This document shows positions 27,004 to 37,314 of a stretch of DNA of 64,000 nt, piece after piece (positions within the stretch are counted from its first letter, which is position 1; every line of letters begins with the position of its first letter). Source of the DNA: Lepidodermella squamata (lineage: Eukaryota; Animalia; Gastrotricha); contig JBLDXI010000009.1 of NCBI GenBank assembly GCA_047495785.1, forward strand, positions 3,534,001-3,598,000, given 5' to 3'. The translations under genes and the position numbers were made by a program. The notes beneath the pieces were generated by a model, which was given only the letters and a program-made list of their open reading frames with translations, was not told where the DNA came from and ran no database searches.

Positions 27004-30000
27004 ATGCTCACTGTTCCTGGCGTTGACGCGGTACGGCTTTTAACCGGGGCGCATCTGCAGCAACATAGACCGCTGACTCCTAGAGATCCCGTATTCGACG
27101 TGAGTTGTACACATTTTTCAGCCATGAGGATCATTCATTTCAACAATTGCTAATATAGCCTGTTGTTTTGTCGGAAGTTCGCGTGTTCAAGGCGAATCAG
27201 TGGGCGGTGAATAACAATAATTCGAATGGGAAGCAGTGGTTTTGCTACGGTCAGGCTTTAATGCCGTCTCACTCCCCGGCTCCGAGTCGCTATTTCACGC
27301 CGCATCGGCAAAAATCGACAATAACCGCCGAAAACGTCATTGGTGCCGAGCTGTTTTCGATTCCACAAGCAAAGGTAATTTACGCGGCCAGTTCGCCAAT
27401 TTAACCTTTTAATGCTTGACGAGGACAACCTGTATTTGTGGGTAGATGGGTTCTTTTAACCTTCATCGTTTTGGATATTTTTTAAATATTTATTTAAAAT
27501 GATTTAGCGGTTTTCAGCCAAAAAATTGGCTACAAGGTGGAATTTGGAATTATGTATGGTATTATGTACGAGCATTTTGATCTCAGAGTTTTCCTCTAAT
27601 TCAGCTCTCTAATTTGCTCTCATGAGAAAAATCCTATTTTTTCAAAATTTTACATGAACCAGTTATAAAGTCAATGAATCATCCTTCCGCGCCAATATCG
27701 ATTTTCCAAAAATCTTTATCAGGGTTACTGCACCACTGAGTGTTTCAAAAGGCTCATTGCCGCTTGAAGAGGGAATCGGCTTATAGCAATCAAATTCTCC
27801 GAATTTTAGTAGCGTGTGTCCATACTCAAGGGAAGTAATAATGATGCCTATTTTTATCGCAAATAAAAATCTCGAATCGGACGGATTCTTATCTACGGTT
27901 CCACAGTAAAATATTTCGAAAATGTTCTTTTTACCATTTCAATATTTTCGGAAAGGAATAATTCGAATAAATAATTACTGAATCATAAAAAATCAAATGT
28001 GATGGAACTAGGCGGACCATTTTCTGTGACTGAAAACGGACCAGCATTAACAGCTTCCAATGTAGTGTGACACATGATTTTATTAAGGTGACTTTCGTGT
28101 CACATCGAATGGCATCAAAATTTTATGGCTGCGGAGTGTCGTGACATGGTCTGCATGGGGTGGTCTGCCAAGTTCCAAAATGACCAGCTTTTTGGAAGTT
28201 GGCAGACCATGTGACAACGGACCAGCGTGACACCTGACAGACCTGTGTGACATCGAGTCCTGAGTCGTGACATGTATTTCATTTTGACATTTGACCTTAT
28301 CATATACATGCCATACTTGATAGAAAATCAACATAGATCGTGATGAAACTCAGGAAATGTAGAATTAAAATGAAAGGTCTTCTAGCACTGAAAACGGCTT
28401 GAATGAAGAATCCAACATTCCTGCCCTCAACACCGTTAAGGATTCCTTATATAAATGGCGCCGGAAAGTCAGCACATGCTACAATTGCTACGTGTCACCA
28501 ATGAAATCACGACTATCCATAAACGTGGCTATCGAGCACGTGGCATTTCAAGTGGCTTATCCAGCATGAACGCCTCACCGAGTCCAGACCGAGTCGTAGG
28601 CCGCCTGGACGTCCAGGCCAACAGCGAACACTTCGCGTTTTCTAGAGCGGCCAAGGTGAACTGTGTGATCGATGTAGAGGAACATCGGGTGCAGAGGGTG
28701 AGCGCGGAATGCGTACTGGTTGTCGGGTAGTGCGTGTTGGCTCTCCAAAAACTCTCCGAGCCAGCGCGCCACGATGGACTCCAACTGCTTGCCGTCGACG
28801 GGCAACAACGAGATCGGCCGCTGAGACGAGACAGATCCTAGCAGCTTCCCAGCTTTCGGCACCGGTATCACAGCAGGGTCCTTCCATTCAGGCAAAACGC
28901 GATCCGAGGCTTAGGTTGAACATGAAGGTGGCGTTGCCGCACCCTCTCCACTTGTGGTAGATGGGACTGATGCCATCCAACCCAGGGACTTTGAACGGCT
29001 GGAGGCGAGACACAGTATCGGCAACTATGCGCTGACTGACGGAGAACTCGCCCGGCGCTGGAAGCTGAAGGCGGTCAGCCCGTTGGAGATCAAGTGTAGA
29101 GCAGGCGACAAACTGCGCCATGTCAGCCCACTGTTGTTTCAAATAAGCATCGGCAGCGGGGTCGGTGAAAGGCGCCGTAGGCTTCACAAATTGATGAGTA
29201 CGACATCGGCGAGCTCGACCGATGGCTCGAGGACACGACCATCATCAAGCTTTTGACAAGACGGGAACGGAAACGGGTCGCCTGGAACAGACAGAGGAAT
29301 GGCAATAAGCTGCTCGATCAGCGTTCGCGAAAACCCAAGACGGTCGGCACGGAGACGGAGGCACGGAGACGGAGGCACGGAGCGGGAAGCTCGACCGCAG
29401 GTGTTCGTCTACCAGGCGGTATGTTGAAAGATATCGAGTCACAAAATTATCGCTTGTGTACCGGTCGCCAACAAGTATTCCACCGTGTAGCAGGCGCAGC
29501 GCGGCGTCTTTGAGTACCCACCAGTGTTGACAAGGTGCCCGGGGCTAGGTGAAGTCAGTCGGTTTCGATGAACGAGATCCAGGACCCAAGGCCCCGGGGA
29601 AGTACTACCAACCGAGGCGACCGGATCCTGTTTCTTTCAAGCTGCAGATATTTCCAATATACCGATTTAAATGTTTGAGACTGAAGCGGTTACTAAGGGC
29701 GGAAGCGGTTATCGCCGTCTTCGTGGCCCAGTTTCCTCGCTCACAATCAACCGGCCGATGAGGGTCGAGCGATCTACTTGAAGCTACATGGTCGCCATTA
29801 AGAACCGGTGATTTCAATGAGATTTAGTTGATGAGGTTAAAATGAGATGAGAGAGTAATAAAAAAGGTTAAAAAAGGTTGATAAATCCTAACAAACCCCA
29901 AACTGCCCAGTGATATACCATGGAAGATAATACGTGTATAATAACGACTAGAAGGTCAATTTAAATATCGGATAGCATGTATATGATAAGGTCAAATGTC

Positions 30001-31065
30001 AAAATGAAATACATGTCACGACTCAGGACTCGATGTCACACAGGTCTGTCAGGTGTCACGCGGGTCCGTTGTCACATGGTCTGCCAACTTCCAAAAAGCT
30101 GGTCATTTTGGAACTTGGCAGACCACCCCATGCGGACCGTGTGACACTGTTTCGGATGGTTCTGGAAATATTACCATCGGGTGTGACTTTAACTGATCAA
30201 TATATGTATGTCATGTCACACTGCACTACCTCGATTTAAACCTGGTCCGCTATCATCAAAACTTAATGGTCTGCCAAGTTCAAACACGTAAAAATCAAAA
30301 CTTCTCAAATCCAAATCCAACTTCAGCGAGCCAAACGATTTTACACTGCTAAATTTTCATTTTTTCATTCAGGTCAATAGCGGTAACGCTGTTCCATCGA
30401 CGGTTTTACTTCGACTACGCCCGTCAAGAGCGGCTTCCTCGAAAGGCAGCCCGCTCAGCAGATCGACGTCAGCTATCAGCCAACGCTGTGAATCCTCATT
30501 ATCAAACAAAAAACCCAATGAGTTGAGCACAATCAGTCTCAGCGCCAGTAGCATGCTGCACCTGGGGCCGGTGAAAGACGGCTCGTCATCAAATGACGAA
30601 GGTCTTGGAACATCGGCTCAGCAGAATGACTCATCACTATCCGAATGGCGCCCGTTGAAATCGGCAGTGGGGTCTCGTCAGAGAAGCGTGCTACTCGTCA
30701 ACAACCGGCCGCTACCTCAATTATCGCAAGCGTATCGAAATTCAACGAGCAGATATCGCATGCTGTTGACGACGAAAGCTGCTGATTACATCACGGCTAT
30801 GCAAATACAGCAGCAACAGGCAGCGGCTAACGCTATGGTGCTGAACGACCGCGTTAAAACAGTGTTGAGTTATCGGCTCGATAGCAACAATCAGCAGCGA
30901 GGTAATAACCCTGAAGAAGTTCGAGTCACGATGAACAGCCCGATGGTCAGCAAAATCGATGAGGGTATCAACAATTTAGTGGCGGATAGCAACAGTGAAG
31001 TTTGCCCAGCCTCGCCTATCCCTCTCCGCGCGAAAAGCGGCAAGCCGAGTCTCAAAGACACATAA
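27004..31065 (+). CDS. orphan low-complexity protein (exons 27004-27099, 27159-27374, 30373-31065; alternative first exon 25673-25771)
   Basis: Phase-0 GT-AG junctions join open frames end to end; no recognised domain. Confidence 0.5.
28036..30250. mobile_element. foldback/TIR element with long inverted arms, intronic, enclosing a LINE fragment
   Basis: Near-perfect ~165-bp inverted repeat 28147-28310 / 29975-30138 (the ORF track shows near-identical peptides at 28083-28334 minus and 30033-30239 plus); looser outer inverted similarity; repeated GTGAC/GTCAC motifs. Ends approximate; no TSD found. Confidence 0.75.
28575..29820 (-). pseudogene. degraded non-LTR retrotransposon ORF2 fragment (possible end of APE endonuclease to N-terminal RT)
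   Basis: KVPGLDGI, PEWKDPAVIPVPKAGK, RPISLLPVDGKQLESIV, LPDNQYAFR, AVGLDVQAAYDSVW; broken by frameshifts and stops; no YADD region. Confidence 0.85.
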
Positions 31066-31676
31066 AATAATTTTTATTTTGATTATGATAATTCAGACAA
31101 AAATAAAAGAGCCGCTGAGGATATCGTTTTTTATGACCTCAAAGCTCGCGCGTTGAATAACAATTGCGCGCGCTTTTTTTGTTCTTGTCGGCGAAAACAA
31201 ACGAAACGGTGAATCCAGGAGATAACGAAAAGCTGATCTCAAGCAAGCAGCGGAACGTGACGAGGCGTGGTTCGAATAAAAATTAGCAATAAAACTTTTT
31301 ATTATTAGCAATGATTACAGTGTATGTTTTACGCAGCTGGTGTGATGAAGCAAGTCTCGCCAAAATATCGCAGAGACAACTAGATTAGCGCAAAATATTC
31401 GGCCCCATCGCGACACCTGGAAGGGAGGCGCGGAAAAATATCTCGTTTTGTTCTGATTTTTATCGACTTTCGTCGCTCATATGCGCGCTGTCTTGGCGCC
31501 ACGTGTCGCGCATATGTCAGCAAAAAATGACCCTTCCAAGCGTGTGGTTTTGACGCGTAATTAATAACTAGTAATAAAACTAGCGCGCGCGCTCATTTTT
31601 TTGTCACCTATAGTTATTTATTTGTAAATAATGACGGAATAATCGCGCGGTGACAAGGATATAATAAAAAATAAAT

Positions 31677-34228
31677 ATGCAACCGAGCTCGTTTAATTAC
31701 GCCTCATTTGACCATCAGCAACAAGGTGACGCACCCGTGCATCAATTAATCGGCGACCCTAATAACAGCGCGTGTCAATACCTGCAGCAAACCTACGTAC
31801 CGTCAACTTCTTCCATCTCAGCGACGCCCATCAGTAGCGATGACAGCGTGTTTTTGGCCTGTCAACAATTTGCCAATCTCGACCACCAACACCAGCCTGG
31901 TGCATTTTTTACCCCGCAACAGCCCGCAAGTAATCATCAGTTGACAAATTACGGCTACATTCCTACGGCTTTTAGCGGGTCTCAGGCTCTTTATACGCCA
32001 AATTTAGGCCTTAATTCGAGTGGTCAAGCACAGCCCTATCAATGCTCTTCTTCGTCGGCTTCCTCAGAATCATCGGAGAGCTTCAATAATAGCGGATATT
32101 CGTTCCCGAACCGGCTTGGACAACCTCCAGCGAAAACGGCAAAAATTGGTCCTGAAGGTAGACTATTAAGGTACGGAAGGATTCTGCGAGATTTTAATGT
32201 ACAATTCTTCCCTAAATAATTCGGAAAAAATTGAGAATGTTAATTCCTTTTATTATTTTAATTTTCCAGTAATTATTTTATTTTTTTTACAGCTCGGCCA
32301 CGCATCAAGTGCGAAAAGAAAGATCAAGAAAGGCGGCTCGAAACCGCAGGGGTCGTGAGAATAAAGAGGTAATTTTCCCCGAATTTTAGCAAAAAAGCCG
32401 CTTAAATAGTGACCTTTACCAGTTTGAACAACTTGCGAAACTGCTGCCCTTCGAACAAGGAATTTCGTCTCAGCTTGACAAGGCTTGTAAGTTCGATTTT
32501 GATATCTTATCATCATTCAGCTTTCATCTCCTTGATTCAGCTATCGTGCGACTCGTAATTTCGTATTTGCGACTTCGGGCTCAATTACCGCACTTGCTGA
32601 TGACCCCGCAACTACCCCATCAGGAAATTTCGCCTCAAATCGATAGAACTCGAAATTCGAACAAGCCTGAAATTCCGCCCTCGGTAGAGTTTCCTTACGA
32701 AAAATGCCACGGCAATCGTATTCAAGAGGTTTGAAAAAATTTAATCTTTTTTAAACTGATTCTCTAAATGACATTTTCCAGGCACTGGAGGGTTTTATGA
32801 TCATGTTTGAAGTGGCGAGGCCTAGCCGCATACTCTACGTATCTCAAACAGTAGCAAACTTCACTGGGCTAGCTTTAGTCGACCTAATAGGCCGCAATAT
32901 ATTCGAGTATCTGCATAAAGACGATGCGGCAGAAATTGAGGCCAATCTCATCTCGGCGTGCACTGCCATTGCCGAACCAACTCAAATTTACCAGCAGTCT
33001 GATTCGGACTCGTCCGACTCATCATCCGAATCTTCTGATGTCGAGTCGAAACTTCAAACTTCAAGTATTCCCATCGCATTTTGCGCTCGGTTTAAATGCA
33101 CGGCTAACAAGCGAGGAAATTTTTTCAAAAATGCTGGATATCGGGTAAACAATTCGAAAATAAATCTTATTTAATTTTTAATTTTATTTACAGTTTTTCT
33201 GCTTAGTTGGCCGAATTTGTAAAGGCGCTTCACCCACAGATGGCCGATATTACCCTCTTCGGTGGTCAAGTCACAGCAAGGATGGCCATCTCCTGTCCTC
33301 TTTCCATTTCATCGGAACCGCTTTGGCAATTCCTTCGGTCAATATCGGCGAATACGGCCTGGCTCAGGATCAAATGGCATTCAAGCTAGATAGTGATCTC
33401 ACAATTATGGATTACGACGCATCTCTCAACACGTGTGAAAATGCAGATTTGTTAACTGGCTGGTTTCCGCAGCCTTTTCTGCCCGTTGACAAGGGAAAAT
33501 TGACGATTTACGACATTTGCCATCCGAATGATGCTGACAGGCTTCGAAGAGCTCATCAAGAATGTTCGTTCTCGAATTTTTCCTGCTCCAGATTTGAATC
33601 TTTCGTTTTTTTAGGTTTGACGAAAAATCAAGCCATGGTGGCGAATTTGCATATTTATACCGATCGGGAATCTTTCTGTGGCAATTTATGGCTGGCTGGA
33701 ATCCAGCCTAATGCTCCACCTGCTGGGCCTGCTGTCGGAAATATTGGTCAAAAGCAATTGAACGTTCCAGTTTGTCAGGAATCGAATGTAGGACCAGCGA
33801 TAATGGCTATTTTCACCCCTGTTTCGCATGACAACCAACTATTTTCAACCTTCCTCGACGCAAGCAATACGTACTCATCATCAATGGCCCCCACCTCATT
33901 AGCGCCGCTATCCCACGACGATTGTTTGGCTAAAAAACGGTTTATTAGCACGGCGACTAATTACGATGGCCTGCAATTACAGCCGTGTTCAATTAATGAC
34001 TTTTTCCATTCACAATCTCTTTACGCTGATTGTGCCTTTGCGAACCAGCCTGCAAGCCTGTTCACGACTAGCAACGACAGCCTACTTGGCGACGCTAGTG
34101 TAAATATTGATGGGTTTCATTTAAGCCGACATCACATTAACAACCAAGCGCCATCAAGCTCAAATTCGGTGACGCCCACCGGCCATCAGCAATCATCTGC
34201 AGCGTTTCAGTCGCTGCACTTTTGCTGA
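31677..34228 (+). CDS. bHLH-PAS transcription factor, trachealess/NPAS1/3 (Sim-family)-like, multi-exon
   Basis: Spliced bHLH RKERSRKAARNRRGRENKE|FEQLAKLLPFEQGISSQLDKA|SIVRLVISYLRLR; PAS-A LEGF..ILYVSQTV..GL..VDLIGRNIFEYLHKDD; degenerate PAS-B IYDICHPNDA. Confidence 0.88.
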
Positions 34229-35306
34229 TATAAAAACGTAAGTCAGACCTCTAAGTCAAGCCTTTTGAGAGAAAACCCCCACACTATGCCGGGTAATTAA
34301 TATTTAATGGTTGATTTTTATATACCACAATCATTTTCACGTTTCGTAAGAAATAACTCGCAAATGATCGGAAGCCGGGCAAAAGAGAATTAGTGGGTCC
34401 CGGATGTAGGATTTTTCTAAAATAATGTAATTCCGATAAAAAATTAGTTTTTCTCTGATTTATAAATAGCATTACCCCTACTAGGGTATTTAATGCGTTT
34501 GATACTAATAATTGTCCGGTGATCCGATTTTCGCCATAAATTTTCATTGCTGTCATTCTGTCGTCTCAGCAATTGACAAAGACGCCCCCCGCGTGCTCTC
34601 AAAAAAACCTTTCAAAAATAGAGACAAAAGCAATCGAACCGGAAAGGAGTCGCGTTATTTACGTTAAATATATATGCTGGTTTTTTTCTCATATATTCTA
34701 AGCCTAACTTCATTTAAAACTTCGCATGAGGAATATTAAAAAAAATTCGCAATTCTTGAATGGCGTAATAGAGCCTTAGGGAACGTGCGTGATGTTGTGA
34801 GGGGGAGAAAAAAGCGCATTCATTGTTGTGCGCGCGTAATATATTGCCCTCAGCATAACTGCGCGATGATAGGGCCTCGGGGAGCCGCGATCGAACTCGG
34901 CAGGTTCGGCTGGCCCAAGTCAGTCGCCTACCTACCACCATATTACCCATCGCGTTTGACAAATAATGAATTTATAAAATATCCAGCGCCGCGTTATTTT
35001 TCGATATAAATTTACTCACTTGCTATAATCGATTATGAGTGGGGGCAACAATAGATTAATAATGAAGGCGATAACTAATAATAATAATAATCTGCATAAA
35101 GATGCCAGCCGGCCGTAAGTGTGGGATGGCGACCTCTCTCCGTCGCGCGTGTACTTCTACTTAAAGGCGGCTTCTTTTTGCGCCCCAATAGTGGTACGCC
35201 AATCAACTTGCAAAAACAACTGTGACTAATCGTCTATAGCACGCGCTCAAAATAAGCGCTAACACGCGCTTGCGCCCCATCGTCGCTATCCAACCACCGT
35301 CTGCAG

Positions 35307-35314
35307 TATATAAA
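35307..35314 (+). promoter_or_regulatory. TATA-like box upstream of the neuropeptide gene
   Basis: TATATAAA ~190 nt upstream of the ATG at 35496. Confidence 0.4.
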
Positions 35315-35495
35315 TACCTGTCAGACACAGGAAGTGTAGGCACGTTATTATGAAAAATCCCAGAAATCATCCTGAATATTTTTGCGAAAATCTATATATA
35401 GTCTTGATCATACTTAATTTTGTTTCACCTTAAAAATAGTGAACACCCTGGTTTATTTTGTCAAGCAACAATTTGTAACATTTGATTATCAAGAA

Positions 35496-36053
35496 ATGGT
35501 AAGAACTTCGAAAATTACATCTACTGATAATCTTTATTCTTCTTCTAAGGTCATCCCGAGCCTTGTCTATGTCTTCATGGCGGTGCTTGTAACTTCCTAC
35601 TCAACGTTAGCTAGCGATTTACTGGAGAATAGTATAGGAACCAGCTTAGATGATTCGTCGTCGAAAGGCCATCAGCACCATAAAACGCGTCACCATAATC
35701 ATCGGCATGGAGATTACGATTTTTCCGATTTATTCCCGGCTTTAGTTGAGAAAAGGTCGTCGTTCCTGGATGGACAACAACCGCTTTCAGCAAGCAATAT
35801 TATGAGCTACCGACCGCGTATCGGCTCCTCGCTTGGATCTTCGGCATCGTCCCAGCATCAATTACCGCTTCGCAAACCCGCACCAAAGATTGCGATGCGA
35901 AACGGCCCGGCGAGAAATTCGGCGGCTAGCAGTGCCTCGTCTGCTGTTGATCAGCAATCAGCCGTAATATCGACGCCTCAGATCGACCTCAAATTGTTAG
36001 AAGTTCTCCTGGCCAGCAGTCGAACTTCTCACGGATTCGGTCGAAGGAAATGA
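35496..36053 (+). CDS. secreted neuropeptide precursor, allatotropin/orexin-like C-terminal amidated peptide (ATG exon, 51-nt intron 35499-35549)
   Basis: Signal peptide MVIPSLVYVFMAVLVTSYSTLA, dibasic KR site, terminal SSRTSHGF-GRRK amidation signal resembling spiralian allatotropins (SRVAHGYa / RFSHGFa type). Confidence 0.65.
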   Translation: MVRTSKITSTDNLYSSSKVIPSLVYVFMAVLVTSYSTLASDLLENSIGTSLDDSSSKGHQHHKTRHHNHRHGDYDFSDLFPALVEKRSSFLDGQQPLSASNIMSYRPRIGSSLGSSASSQHQLPLRKPAPKIAMRNGPARNSAASSASSAVDQQSAVISTPQIDLKLLEVLLASSRTSHGFGRRK

Positions 36054-37314
36054 GAGCCGCCATATATTATTAGTAGAATTACTGTTCTGTTTTGTGTTAC
36101 CTATTGGGAAAATAATTTTTGAATCTGCAAAATTTTGAAATATCAAACTAAACTTTGTGCCATAAAAACCTCCTTAAAAATAATGTAAAAGAAAAACCAA
36201 CTATATATCACTTGAATCTTTCTTCGACATGACAATTCCTTGATGACAAAAAAGACACGTTTTTTAGATCTTGTAAATAAGGTGCCCAAGTTTTTCGCTC
36301 CGACGTATAAATTTTAGAAATCGAAACACTATTTTTTCGCAATCTGAATTTATTAGGCATTATGAGGCCGGTGTTTCCATCTCGTCACTGTTTTATTTTG
36401 CAAAAAAATGCGAATCTGCTAGTCACCTATGCCTCGAAAACTGCTTTGCTCCATTCAACACACGACAAAATATTATGGAGTAAGCGAATCCGTTTGACGA
36501 TGTGATATTTGACGTGTTTAACCTTTAATCAGATGAAATCTTGTTCTATCGACCTTGTACATATTTCAATTGTTATCATGACACTAGATCTGCTTGCACA
36601 TTCATGTATTATAAAGTACGATTCCTCTGTCCAGAACGAGAAAAAATAAAAAGCCAGAGAATATCCGACCCTTTTCGGTATTGTTTTCTTGGAACTCCCG
36701 AGTACTGGCGAATGTTGTGGTTACCGCTTACGTGAAAGTAAACCGCTAATCTCGCACCTATTGTCAAACTTGCAACGACTTGGACTGAAGACAAAAACAT
36801 GTTGGCCGATGAATAATTCATTTTATGATATGCAGTAGTGGACGCAACTTGACTCCGTCGGTGTTTTTATCGATCTGGCACCTTAAACCATGGACTAAAC
36901 CCGTAACCACAAACATAAGCAAAGGCGAGAAATTCTCCAACACCTACCACTCACTATCTAGCGACGCATCCATAACAAAACCCGATAGTTGTCGGGGAAA
37001 TGTATGACTCGCCGTTGGAGAATGTTAGCATTTTTGGAAGCAATCCAACTGTCTCTGCACATAAATGCAAGTGGGGGCGAACATTTACATTACTGGCATC
37101 GATAATTCGTTTTTCATAATAATTTTGTAGAATTGCCAGCATCCCACTTTTTCAATGCCATAATAAATTATGTATATGCCAGCCGAAATCCCATGTCATA
37201 AAATAATCAGGGCAATCGCCCAATTCTGCTTGATAATTTTCCGCTTTATTTTCATTCAACAAAAATTCGGCTCTTTTTATTTGAAAATATTAAAATTCAC
37301 AATATTTCACGAAG

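Noticed and set aside
36540-37200. Short ORFs downstream of RCC1L/COQ2 as a further operon gene
   Set aside because: I could not assemble a phase-consistent or recognisable protein.
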